From the IMG/VR virus record IMGVR_UViG_3300028886_000042: a DNA stretch of 64,000 nucleotides, one strand, 5' to 3'. Origin of the DNA: a virus. Taxonomy: Duplodnaviria; Caudoviricetes. Positions 51,901 to 60,634 of the stretch are shown here, in pieces. Numbering within the stretch: the stretch's first letter is position 1; every line of letters starts with the position of its first letter. The position numbers were made by a program, and so were the translations under genes. The notes beneath the pieces are model-generated. The model had not been told where the DNA came from. It did not search any database and worked only from the letters and a program-made list of their open reading frames with translations.

Positions 51901-53029
51901 TACTGAGACAACACGCGCAACTCAGGCTGAATCCAACTTACAGTCAGCAATAAACACTGCAAATGTGAATATCGCAACGAATACTTCGGATATCGCTTCA
52001 CTTAATGCAGAGGTTGCAAGTCAGAATCTGATTGCAGACGAGACTAATTCAGTCAAACTGGTTAAGAGCAAGGACGCAAGCGGTACTGAACTCATGGCTG
52101 ATGTCAAGCTCGATACTTCCGCTACCAACATTATCAGGGTAACCGGTAACGGTCTGATAGCAGACGTTGAAATGACTTACAGCCAGTCTACGAACAAGAT
52201 TACGTTCAGTAACGGCGTAACTATTCAGGAATTTGAACTTGCCGGTGCTTCACTGCTTGAAAACGGCTACTATGATTCAGTTTCAAAGCAGATAGTACTT
52301 GTAACAAGATTAGCTGACGGAACCATAAGGGAAATCAGAATCGACGCTGCTGCACTTATCCATACACTGAAGGTTGACAACGGTACTAACAATCCTATCA
52401 AGCTCAGTAAGACAATCGACCCTGAAGGTGTTGACGTACTCAGTGCAAGACTTGACATCTCAACTGAGAGCCATAACCTTATCCTTAACAATAACGGTAC
52501 GCTCTATGCTTCAAATGAGGCTAAGAATATGACCGGTCTGTGGGAAGGCGAAGAAAAGTCATTGCAGTGGATTGTAAGTCAGATTGAAGGTGCTTCCGGT
52601 GAAATAGAGGATATCGTACATGACGTTGAGACTCTTCAGAGTGACATGACTCAGGTAAAGAGTGATGTAAGTTCATTACAGACAGAACTTACGACTGTAT
52701 CTGCAAGGGTTACTCAGAATACTATCGACATTGCAACCAACCGTGGTTCAATCGAGACTCTGACAACTCAGGTAAGTGACCTTAACGGACGTGTAACCAA
52801 CCTTACAAATGAGGTTAACGACCTTGAGGAAACCGTAAGCAGCTATGAGACCCGTGTTACAAGCCTTGAAACTGACATGACTCAGGTCAAGAGTAACGTA
52901 TCTAAACTTCTGACAGATGTTGACAGAATAGATACCCAACTTGGTGACATAAGCGGTCAGCATACAGTTGCAGAGAGACTTGAAGTTCTTGAGCGTGAGG
53001 TTTATAACGGTGACTACGGTACATATTGA
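45983..53029 (+). CDS. Giant repetitive fibre protein (2348 aa)
   Basis: Five IP(K/E)DQFL...YxAGNG modules, YTKAE and E..RATAAE repeats, C-terminal heptads. Confidence 0.75.
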   Translation: MNNEYRLQLLNHGEIFPTREEAVEYIEDNFKGVALWAEPGLAFYGTEREPKMILAFGASKTATRPRVCYIDDAELREMIAAIQEQVDIHTGQIEEAAERILNIVSAVGLTLDENRIKDQIHYEPDPSDELIGRATSVAEAIAIISTFVQEKIKDLEFDVVDSRSIDLNINKTEDKTLLTGEVRISTEGQDDELDFNNNIVGIKPDGIFAACNMEYDPLGNRLIFTTSGVKNGRFVTDANVKIIELGEHTKYHADNEGHTVEMIVDNERGTLSADVKIASDETNILQNHDGRLLVDGKAKNIKYKGTTVAAALNTINEEIDRIKDEIRILMVEDFIQGDESDTILTKAIKNPNGGYTVTADVRLSSDESIQVANGGIKANVDINVDSTNNKLILSVGNNTKEVQLPGISIVDNIYYDAVNKCIVITWKDGTQKTVIPVGDMLNTWIVDNNPQSPVVLTKTEPEVAGDPEKLSADIKLASTDNLIAKDAYGQLFVSRSAIDNKIAEEATAREAADAQIRSAVEAEENARREADEVLDNKIDTTKDAIYARIDADEERINEAYANAEEAKAQVELTNANLNAEISRATTAEGVNADAIAAETSRATAAENAIDSRLSVTESGLAAEKTTRSTADAVHDEQISNLQNALAAAEASHREDVERLSAGIRTNTESIAVINGSETVSGSMRELVKGAKDELNQTISNEVTRATAAEQRVELLLQNEELRATQAEAAAVTTANAYTDHAVADSKHMSDDYTDAAKAEAIATSKAYTDSKVAEAGEASTSYTDTKVNEEKNRAVAAETANANAIVALQEKDIQIEGELADKVSEVKIVKNSQSDLQYILKVDGQDAGEINIPKDQFLVEVLYNSVSKELTFVFETQTGRETTTISIADLIDTYLAGNGIVLNGNVFSVKVNPASEFLSVDADGIKVTGINAALATKADASNVYTKAEADGKFLTEHQDISHLATKVELEAETTRATAAEQFNTSRIVSLEGEIVHKVEHVEIVKNSQSDLQYILKVDGQDAGEINIPKDQFLESVTYNEQTKTLEFIFITTDGRPSIVRINISDLVDVYTAGNGLNLNGNVFSVAIDPSSDEYITLTPYGIKISGIKAAIDNKANAADVYTKTEADNKFLTEHQDISYLATKEQVNTEVARLDAKDAELTAEVNRKVETVEVEKNPGNELQYFIIVDGTRVGTIDIPKDQFLKEVRYDSASKTLIFTFETTEGTKIVNVPIGDLVNTYTAGNGLKLVDNQFSVKINPASEFITADEDGIKVTGISAALANKANVGDSYTKAESDAKYITEHQDLTPLTDRITANENAITVINGNEAQEGSIKKSLADAKAYADALVTAEKAERQSVDATKANVGDSYTKAESDSKYLTSASIENLATKAELAAETTRATAAEEANAAEIVNLKNKDIQIENELAEKVEDVKIVKGDTDFVYRLFVDNVEKGVINIPEDQFLKNVSYNPVTRILTFVFETSAGERVVDIDMSTLVDTYTAGNGLQLDANNQFSVKINEDSESYITVTAEGIKISGIDAALASKANVGVSYTKAESDAKYLTGTDIEGLATKAEVTALDNKVEGYNTELNTKVNANTDAITTLNGNALVEGSVDYKVKAAKDALEAEIAVKANAADVYTKTEIDNKGFLTDADIEGLATKAEVTTEVARLDAKDVELTTEVNKKVETVQVVKSTGSDLSYDIRVDGQSVGTIDIPKDQFLKSVTYDAGNKEIVFVFETSEGDKTVRVSVADLVDTYTAGNGLQLDENNKFSVKINEDSESYITVTAEGIKVSGIDAALAAKANAADVYTKAQADDKFLTNADIDNLATKAELNTVSEATTANTNAIAVINGNESQEGSIKKSLSDAKAYTDNSVSAETARATAAETANANAIAVINGNEAQEGSIKKALKDAKDYTDNSIAGVRSDYDTQIAGINDALNTKANKSEVYTIAEIDAKGYLTSTDIAGLATKEEVSTETTRATQAESNLQSAINTANVNIATNTSDIASLNAEVASQNLIADETNSVKLVKSKDASGTELMADVKLDTSATNIIRVTGNGLIADVEMTYSQSTNKITFSNGVTIQEFELAGASLLENGYYDSVSKQIVLVTRLADGTIREIRIDAAALIHTLKVDNGTNNPIKLSKTIDPEGVDVLSARLDISTESHNLILNNNGTLYASNEAKNMTGLWEGEEKSLQWIVSQIEGASGEIEDIVHDVETLQSDMTQVKSDVSSLQTELTTVSARVTQNTIDIATNRGSIETLTTQVSDLNGRVTNLTNEVNDLEETVSSYETRVTSLETDMTQVKSNVSKLLTDVDRIDTQLGDISGQHTVAERLEVLEREVYNGDYGTY

Positions 53030-53046
53030 TAAAATTGTTAAAAAAA

Positions 53047-53076
53047 TGTCGGGGAAGGTTGACTTTTCCCCGATAT
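53047..53076 (+). terminator. Hairpin terminator
   Basis: TGTCGGGGAAG/TTTCCCCGATA stem. Confidence 0.6.
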
Positions 53077-53134
53077 TTAAAATATTTATAAAGGAAAAGA
53101 AAAAGAGAAATAAAAAATTAATATATATTCGATA

Positions 53135-54901
53135 ATGGCTAATAAAACATTACAATTTTTAAGAAACTCAACTATTTTTACTTCACGTACTGCTGCGTTG
53201 ACAGGTTTGGAGAATCAGTTGAAGGCTGCAACCGCAAAGGATGGTGAACCTATTCTTGCTATTTATACCGACGGCAAAGGTGGAACAGAGCATACTTTGC
53301 TTGGTATTAAAGGTAAGACAAGTTATGAAATCTTCGATAATGAAGGTTCTGCTGCTAAGGCTGTGACCAGCGTACAGTATGATGGTGATAATAATAAGAT
53401 TACCTATACAAAGGATGGAACTGCAACTGATGTTGTAACAACAGCCGCACTGTTGACCGATATGGATTTGAATGTTACTAATATCGGTGAAACGGGTAAG
53501 GTAATTACTGTTGTTGGTGAAACAAATGGTAAAGTAACTGCAACAGCAACTAATTTTACAGATGTAATTCTTGGTGGTTATTCCAAAACAGCAGATACCG
53601 GTGCAATTGATGCAACTGATACTCTTGAAAAGGCTTTGAGCAAGTTGGAGAACACTGTTGCAACAAACGCTATTGTTTCTGACGATAGTTCTATCACAGT
53701 TGCTCCTTCTCAAAATAAAGGTACAAGTGTTGTAGTTAATGTTGACGGTACTACAATCGTTAAGGCTAATGGTGGTGCTTTGAAGGCTGATTTGAAGATT
53801 TTGAAGGAAACAACCGGTTTAGCAACTAATGTAAAGGAACAGTATAAACTGGTTTATGGCAATAGTACTACCGCTATTGGTGATATAGTTACGATTTACA
53901 AGGACAGTGCACTCGTTAATATTGAATTAGGTCATGTTGATGATACACTTAAAAGCGAAGACCCTACAACACATGAATCTGCTTCAAGTACCATTGTTTC
54001 AGGTAGTGGTGATACTGCTCTCGTATATGTAATGCAGTTGGCTAATGGTAATTATAAGTTGGCTGCTGTAAATGTTCAGTCTTTCTTAGAGGAGACTGAA
54101 TTTAGTGACGGTTTACAAGTAAATAATCACGTTGTTTCTGTTAAGCTTGATGCAAGTGGTGATGATACAGGTGCCGGTAAATTCTTGACTGTTGGAAGTG
54201 ACGGTTTGAAACTTGATGGTGTATCTGATGCTATCAATACTGCTAAGAGTGAAGTAATTGGTGAAAGTACTGATGTTTCAACTGATAACACTATTTATGG
54301 TGCTAAGGCTTATGCTGACGCTGCTATTGCTGATTTGGATGCAACTGTTAGTCAGACTGCCGGTGCTGATGGTTTGGCATTGTCAGTAACTGAGGCAGAT
54401 GGTGTTATAACTGGTATCAGTGGTTCTATTGCCGCTAATATTTATGATGCCTACGGTGCTGCTTCCACTGCTAAGAGTGAAGTAATTGGTACAAGTGGTG
54501 ATGCTTCCACTGCTAATACCATCTACGGTGCTAAGGCTTATGCTGATGCTGCTGTTGTTGCTTTGGATGCTGAAAAAACTTCCACAGACGGTACTAATGT
54601 ACAAGTTAAGGTAACTGAGGTTGATGGTAAAATTACTGCTGTAAATATTACTACTGACAACACAGTTAACAGTACCAATGTAAATACTGCTATCACTACT
54701 GCTATTGAAGCTTTGGATGCTACTGATACTGCTGTTACTAACCAATTCGTAACTGCTGTTAGTGAAGCAAACGGTGTGATTTCTGTAACACGCGCTCAAC
54801 CCGCTGCTGGTGATGTAAGTTTTAGTAATACACATTTTGATGCTACTACTGTTGATGCTGCTCTTGCTGAACTTGCAGTATTTGACGCAGGTGTATATTG
54901 A
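53135..54901 (+). CDS. Fibre protein
   Basis: Ala/Thr-rich; duplicated TAKSEVIG...NTIYGAKAYADAA. Confidence 0.7.
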   Translation: MANKTLQFLRNSTIFTSRTAALTGLENQLKAATAKDGEPILAIYTDGKGGTEHTLLGIKGKTSYEIFDNEGSAAKAVTSVQYDGDNNKITYTKDGTATDVVTTAALLTDMDLNVTNIGETGKVITVVGETNGKVTATATNFTDVILGGYSKTADTGAIDATDTLEKALSKLENTVATNAIVSDDSSITVAPSQNKGTSVVVNVDGTTIVKANGGALKADLKILKETTGLATNVKEQYKLVYGNSTTAIGDIVTIYKDSALVNIELGHVDDTLKSEDPTTHESASSTIVSGSGDTALVYVMQLANGNYKLAAVNVQSFLEETEFSDGLQVNNHVVSVKLDASGDDTGAGKFLTVGSDGLKLDGVSDAINTAKSEVIGESTDVSTDNTIYGAKAYADAAIADLDATVSQTAGADGLALSVTEADGVITGISGSIAANIYDAYGAASTAKSEVIGTSGDASTANTIYGAKAYADAAVVALDAEKTSTDGTNVQVKVTEVDGKITAVNITTDNTVNSTNVNTAITTAIEALDATDTAVTNQFVTAVSEANGVISVTRAQPAAGDVSFSNTHFDATTVDAALAELAVFDAGVY

Positions 54902-54923
54902 TGAAACAAAAACTCTATATAAA

Positions 54924-54951
54924 TTAAGTCTCTGTTATTGCAGAGACTTAA
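54924..54951. terminator. Hairpin at a convergent junction
   Basis: TTAAGTCTCTG/CAGAGACTTAA. Confidence 0.55.
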
Positions 54952-56317
54952 TTTTTTTTAACAGTTTATTTTTTGAAGAAAATAGGTTGTCATGATACAT
55001 TTCCTTTAATTTTTCATTAGTATCAATGTATTTTTTTATATCTTTCACATCAGAATAATATAATAAAGTTAAACCCCTTTCTTTTGATTCTTTGTATTTT
55101 ATATAATCTTTATTAATTCTTTCATCAAAATTTTCTTTAAATTTTTTGCACTCTTTAAAGTGTTGTAGCCCTTGACATTCAATTAATATATTTAGTTTTG
55201 GTATATAAAAATCAAATGGCATATGATGTTTATATTTTATTCCTTCAATTACAGCTTGTCTTGTAAATTCAATATTATTTTCCTTTAAAAGTATATTTAT
55301 TTCACGTTCACCATGACTTTCATTACAATATGGGCAACCCTGACCCTGTAAATGACTGTTTGCTAATTGTTTAAATTCTCCATGTTTAGGGCATATTATT
55401 ATAACACTTCCATTATTGCGTGTATAAATAGTTTTAGAATAGTCATATTTATTATCATGTATTTTTGAAGCACGTTCTATAAATTCTTCTGTTGTTAAAG
55501 GTTTATTTCTAGCACAAGAAGGACAGCCAATACCACGTAAATGGTGTACCGGATTTTGTAAAAAAGAACCATGTTCCGGACATATTATTTCCACATTTTC
55601 ATCACTATTTTTACCAATTTTTGTTTTGGTATAATCATATTTACCATTATGAACTTTTGTTGCGCGTTTTATAAATTCTTCTGTTGTTAAAGGTTTATTT
55701 TTAGCACAAGAAGGACAGCCATGCCCACGCAAAATATTATTTGGTGTTGCATAAAATGAACCATGTTCCGGACATATAACTTCAACCTTTTGCACACAGC
55801 CAGTATAAATGGATTTTGAAAAATCATATTTGTCACCCCATTTATCTTTAGCTTTTTTTATGAAGTCCTCAGTCTTTAATTTTATTTTCTCTTCATCGGT
55901 TATTTTTCCATATTCACGTCCCCGTTTACCAGTAAACGGCATACCGTCAGGTGAATCAATATGTATAAATGGTTTTTGCCAAAAAATACCTTCGGGATTA
56001 TCATCTGTAATAAGTTCTTTGCATTTTATACAAACCTTTGTTCTTCTACCTTTAAAAACAACTTCTGAATAATCAAATTTATCACCGTGTTTTTCCTTTG
56101 CTGCTTTAATAAAATCTTCAGTTGACCAATTTCTTCTTCCTACACATCTAGGACAACCGTCACCTCTAAGATGTACTGAAATTTGTTGTTTAAATTCACC
56201 ATGTTTAGGACAAATAATACTTACTTTGTTAGCACAACTCGTTTCTTCAAAATAAGGGTATTCATATTTATCACCATGTTTTTCCCTTGCACGTTTTACA
56301 AAATCTTCATGTTTCAT
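54935..56317 (-). CDS. Homing endonuclease-like protein (Zn-binding repeats plus Vsr-like domain)
   Basis: About five H..K(Y/F)DY..IICP.HG.F.Q....HL.G.GCP.C repeats; FDFYIPKLNILIECQGLQH. Confidence 0.72.
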   Translation of the reverse strand: MKHEDFVKRAREKHGDKYEYPYFEETSCANKVSIICPKHGEFKQQISVHLRGDGCPRCVGRRNWSTEDFIKAAKEKHGDKFDYSEVVFKGRRTKVCIKCKELITDDNPEGIFWQKPFIHIDSPDGMPFTGKRGREYGKITDEEKIKLKTEDFIKKAKDKWGDKYDFSKSIYTGCVQKVEVICPEHGSFYATPNNILRGHGCPSCAKNKPLTTEEFIKRATKVHNGKYDYTKTKIGKNSDENVEIICPEHGSFLQNPVHHLRGIGCPSCARNKPLTTEEFIERASKIHDNKYDYSKTIYTRNNGSVIIICPKHGEFKQLANSHLQGQGCPYCNESHGEREINILLKENNIEFTRQAVIEGIKYKHHMPFDFYIPKLNILIECQGLQHFKECKKFKENFDERINKDYIKYKESKERGLTLLYYSDVKDIKKYIDTNEKLKEMYHDNLFSSKNKLLKKIKSLQ

Positions 56318-56430
56318 TTTCTTTTGATTTCATATATTTATTTATATATAAATATCATTAGAAAATAAAAAATGACTGTGGTATGTATTATTTTTTTAAT
56401 GAAAATCAATAAGTTATACACTTAAATAAT

Positions 56431-56470
56431 TAATTCCTGAGTAATTAGAAAATAACTACTCAGGAATTTT
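56431..56470 (-). terminator. Terminator after the polymerase C-part
   Basis: AATTCCTGAGTA/TACTCAGGAATT stem. Confidence 0.65.
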
Positions 56471-56471
56471 T

Positions 56472-58064
56472 TTATCCTTCCTCTGCTGTTTCTTCTTCTT
56501 TTGTTACAAATTCGTGGTCTATAATATCGAATATATTACCCAGTACTATATTATATTTTCTTGAAATGAAATTATTAGAGTTAACATCTTCGTCAACGAT
56601 TGCGAGTATTCTGTCAGGTATAACACCTTCCTCAATAAATTCATCTACTTCATCTCTTGTAAGTGAGTCGATTGCATTATTATACAGTGACAGTTCCAGT
56701 TGTATTTCTTCCTTTTCAAGTTGTTTCATACGTTCCTTATAGTCAGCAACTATTTCATCCCAATTCATACCTATTTCATTTATGTATGGAGGTGTTTTAT
56801 TAACTGATAACCAGAATTTTATTTCCTTATCCTCCATTGTCATAAGCTGTTCATATGTATCTTGGTCTGTAGGGTTATACGGCTCTCCTGATACAAGTTC
56901 GCATTCATTATCAGTAAACTGTTTTCTGTCCTTCGGATTGTTTATAAGGATATTAGACACCTCTTTTCCCTTTTCGTTTATCCTTGTCCTTATATCCCTT
57001 GAAAAGCATACAAGAAGCGGTTTAATCTTCTTATTGAACATTTCCACGTACTTTTCAACATTATATTCAAAGGTATCGTCACAGAAATGGTCATCATCAT
57101 CCTCTACAATATCATTTGACAGTAATATACAGTTGAAAATAAGTGTATCTTTGTCATGGAATGAACTACCGTAGTGTGATTTACCGAAATCATATTTACT
57201 AATCCATTTTCCGTCCTTTTTCTTCATTTCATCAGGACGTTCCTTTTTGGCTTTTGTATAGAGTTTTTCCAACTCCTTTGTTACTTTAACCTCTTCACCC
57301 GACTTATCCGTTATATAGTAGTCAGTTACACGCTTAACGTCTGAATCCCCCTTCTTTTTACCTGTGTTTATATAATATATACTGTCACCCATATTGACAT
57401 TAAGGCCGTGCTTTATGGCAAGTTCATACCAAGCCTGTCTTGCCTTCTTTGAACCGGCTGCTGTAAGTTCATTACAACTGTTTTTGTATGTATCTATTGA
57501 GGTTTTAATCTTGCCTACGGTTGCTATTTCCTTTAATGGTATCTGAAGGTTGTATATCTTTTCAATATAGTCATAGTAGGCTTCAAGGAATTCCTTACCC
57601 TTTCCTTCAAGCAGAAGTACACATTTTTCATTTAGGAATTTCTCAATGTATAACGGTATTTTTTTTGATTTAATGGAATTACCTACAAATTTAAGACTAC
57701 CGTCAGGAAAAAGGTCAAGATAGTTCTTACGTGACAAGTTTAATGAAGAATCTATATACTCATCTATATCCAACCCCATGTGATTAGAGCCTCCTTCGTA
57801 TTCGACACCAAGATATAAATCCTCGAATTCTGCTACATCGGCTTCTGTTTTTGTATATTTTTTACCTTCTACTGTATGTTCACCCTTTCCGTTACTGATG
57901 TAAGGATGTTCATCTGTATATCTGTATTTATCAGGTAATTCGAAGTTAAACCCATCTGTATTGCTAATAACATTTAATCCGTTGGCATTGATAATAGTAG
58001 AGTCAAGTGAAATATCATAGACATAATCACTGTAATCTTTTTCTAATAATTTGGATTCCATCAT
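56472..58064 (-). CDS. polB: DNA polymerase B, C-terminal part fused to split intein C-fragment
   Basis: 35-aa IntC ending VYDISL...VISN, then TDGF (second half of motif C), RKNY, and thumb region GDSIYYI. Confidence 0.88.
   Translation of the reverse strand: MMESKLLEKDYSDYVYDISLDSTIINANGLNVISNTDGFNFELPDKYRYTDEHPYISNGKGEHTVEGKKYTKTEADVAEFEDLYLGVEYEGGSNHMGLDIDEYIDSSLNLSRKNYLDLFPDGSLKFVGNSIKSKKIPLYIEKFLNEKCVLLLEGKGKEFLEAYYDYIEKIYNLQIPLKEIATVGKIKTSIDTYKNSCNELTAAGSKKARQAWYELAIKHGLNVNMGDSIYYINTGKKKGDSDVKRVTDYYITDKSGEEVKVTKELEKLYTKAKKERPDEMKKKDGKWISKYDFGKSHYGSSFHDKDTLIFNCILLSNDIVEDDDDHFCDDTFEYNVEKYVEMFNKKIKPLLVCFSRDIRTRINEKGKEVSNILINNPKDRKQFTDNECELVSGEPYNPTDQDTYEQLMTMEDKEIKFWLSVNKTPPYINEIGMNWDEIVADYKERMKQLEKEEIQLELSLYNNAIDSLTRDEVDEFIEEGVIPDRILAIVDEDVNSNNFISRKYNIVLGNIFDIIDHEFVTKEEETAEEG
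57960..58064 (-). mobile_element. Split intein C-fragment (35 aa)
   Basis: Block F YVYDISL; terminal Asn; Thr+1. Confidence 0.85.
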
Positions 58065-58077
58065 TTATATTTTTTGG

Positions 58078-58109
58078 CAAACTTATTACTTTTATTTCAC
58101 TTTACCAAA
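58078..58109 (-). promoter_or_regulatory. Bacteroidota-type promoter for the polymerase C-part
   Basis: Reverse complement reads TTTG-N20-TAAGTTTG, 14 nt upstream of the ATG. Confidence 0.6.
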
Positions 58110-58118
58110 TTATAATTG

Positions 58119-60002
58119 TTAATTTTTATTAAACCATTTGTAAACTGCCGTACCACAATCATAAATTCTATACCATTTTTGTAATTTACAAAATTCACTT
58201 TCACTCATATCTTCCGGACATCCATATTTTTTTACAAGTATACTTTTGCGGTAGTTGAATCTGTTTTTCCTCATATCACCAATGACATAGAAATAATTTG
58301 GTGGTGAAAAATGTGAAAATTCAAAACCTAAATTATCATACAGATTACCTTTAGACCATCTTCTATCAGCATATGAAACAACACTATTTGGTTTGTATTT
58401 ATCAACAAAATATTTGAATAGTTTAGAAGCACCTCCTATGACAGTTGTATTCAATATATTACAGAACCTTAACAATTCATACTCCATTTTACCGTTGCCG
58501 ATAAAATGCCTTGATTTACCGAATGTCATTAATGATACTAATTCTTCATTATAGTACAGGCCTAACTTTATCTGACTTGGACACCATCCTTGTATATGGT
58601 TATTTTCCAAAAAAACAGTACATTCCTTTGTTGATACTTCTTTTATTATACATTTTCTGGCATATATTCTTTTTTCGGTTTTACCGAGAATGTTGGAAAT
58701 TATGGATTTCCATATATTCTTTTTGTATATCCATTCATCCTCAAATACATGAATTAATCTAACACCACTTTTCTCGCATTCAGTCGTTTTCCATAGATGA
58801 TAATCCTTTTCCCTATTATTTTCATTATGCCAGAATACACCGTCAAATTCAAAGGCAATCTTTAAAGAAGGTATGTAAATATCAAGTTCTTTTCCTTCAA
58901 GTATTTTTCTGTCGTTATTATAAGCATCCTCAAAACCAAGTGTTCTTATAAAATTACATATTTCCTTTTCTTTTAAAGAAGAATTACAGTTGTGATAAGG
59001 ACAACCATGCCCCCTCAAAAATGAATTAGCCTCAATAGTAAACGTTCTTCCACATTCATTACATCTGACTTCAATTTTTTTATTTGAAGATACATATTCA
59101 CTTAGTATAGTGTATTTACCTTCTCCATATACTGAATCGATTTCCTTTTTAAATTCTTCTGTTGTTTTTGTTTTTTCTTTAGATATTATCCTTTTATTAC
59201 ATTCAGGACACGGGTCGCCATTTAAAAAACCGTTGAAAAATCTGTTGTAAGGTCTTTTGAACTCATATCCGCAATTTTTACATTTACAAGACATGGTTTT
59301 CATTGTGCCGTCATATAGGGAATAGTCAACTGTTATTGACGGATATACTTCTTCCATCCTTTTCTTAACATCATCTACTTGTAAACGACGTTTCTTTCCT
59401 GCTTTTCTGTTTGCACATATTTTACATGAACATTTCCCATTTAATATACGACTGATTTTCTTGTATTCTTTATTTCCACATTCTTTACATATTGTCAATA
59501 CTTTGTCATCTTTTATGTTTTTTTTACCTTCGAAGTATTCGATATAAAAACCATTTATTTTCTCCGATAATTCATTATATGTTATTGTTTCTTTAGGTGT
59601 TTCCTTGCACCAGCAGCCACCTGTTTTTGAAGTAATAAAATCACAGGCAATCTTTGTAAAAACATTACCACATAAATTGCACCTAACAGTTATCTTACTG
59701 TGACTGTTTTCATATTCTGTTTCAATATAAGGAAATGTGTATCTATCACCGAATCTTTCTTTAGCCTTTTCTGTAAAATGTTCCCAATTATTTTTAGAAT
59801 ACATCGCTGCATATTTTTTACCACATACAGGACATCCTTGACCGTTTAAATGGTTTTTAGGGGTTTGTTGAAACCTGTAGCCACATTTATTATGTGTCAT
59901 GAACATCTTTTTCTTAGTATTTACATAAGAATCCGGTTCATATGTGTATTCATTACCATGAACTTCAATTGCCTTATTCTTAAACCATTCGTAATTATGC
60001 AT
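58119..60002 (-). CDS. Hef-like free-standing endonuclease between the polymerase halves
   Basis: Multiple CxxC repeats; ELDIYIPSLKIAFEFDGVFWH; ELLRFC; SYADRRW; IYDCG. Confidence 0.75.
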   Translation of the reverse strand: MHNYEWFKNKAIEVHGNEYTYEPDSYVNTKKKMFMTHNKCGYRFQQTPKNHLNGQGCPVCGKKYAAMYSKNNWEHFTEKAKERFGDRYTFPYIETEYENSHSKITVRCNLCGNVFTKIACDFITSKTGGCWCKETPKETITYNELSEKINGFYIEYFEGKKNIKDDKVLTICKECGNKEYKKISRILNGKCSCKICANRKAGKKRRLQVDDVKKRMEEVYPSITVDYSLYDGTMKTMSCKCKNCGYEFKRPYNRFFNGFLNGDPCPECNKRIISKEKTKTTEEFKKEIDSVYGEGKYTILSEYVSSNKKIEVRCNECGRTFTIEANSFLRGHGCPYHNCNSSLKEKEICNFIRTLGFEDAYNNDRKILEGKELDIYIPSLKIAFEFDGVFWHNENNREKDYHLWKTTECEKSGVRLIHVFEDEWIYKKNIWKSIISNILGKTEKRIYARKCIIKEVSTKECTVFLENNHIQGWCPSQIKLGLYYNEELVSLMTFGKSRHFIGNGKMEYELLRFCNILNTTVIGGASKLFKYFVDKYKPNSVVSYADRRWSKGNLYDNLGFEFSHFSPPNYFYVIGDMRKNRFNYRKSILVKKYGCPEDMSESEFCKLQKWYRIYDCGTAVYKWFNKN

Positions 60003-60058
60003 ATTTAATTTGTGTTATATAAATAAATATATACCATTACCAATTTATTCATCAATAG

Positions 60059-60634
60059 TTAGTCTTTTTTTATAAAAAAGGGTATCTTTTCATGTATTGT
60101 ATACTTGATATTAACGCATTTCTTAATAAACTCTATTCTTGCTATGTCAGTTTTTGTTTTCATGTTCCATCCTTTACTTAGGTTATCTATGAAATTTTTC
60201 TTGTTTTCGATATTTGCATTCAGAAGCCAAAGCCATGTGTCCTTAATATTGTCATTTTCAGTCAATGTATTAAAGGAAGAATATATATCACCTTCATAAT
60301 ACTCTAACTTTGTATCTGAATTAATTTCAGACGGTTTTATCTTTTCCTTATCAGAATTAAACAGACTGTGGTCTTCGGTTACATCTACAAACATGTTATT
60401 TTCCTTATCACTGACTCTGTATATGGGCTTTGTTGTCTTATGCCGGTAAATATACTGAGGCTCAACCCATCCGCTTCTGCAAAGTACCTTGAATTTCTTC
60501 TTTGAATAGTCATATTCACGTCCTAATGCGTCAATCTGTATGTCTTTTTCACTTATTAACTCTGAAATAGGCTTTATGTCAATTAATCCGCTGTCCTCAT
60601 ATCTGATAAATAAAGGCGTGTCAGAAGTAAATGA
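60059..60634 (-). mobile_element. Split intein N-fragment (191 aa)
   Basis: Block A SFTSDTPLFIR; block B VDVTEDHSLF; no terminal Asn block. Confidence 0.85.

Noticed and set aside
58064-60059. Group I intron joining the polymerase halves at RNA level
   Set aside because: Only ~55 nt of AT-rich non-coding DNA flanks the endonuclease on each side; intein motifs and a separate promoter explain the split
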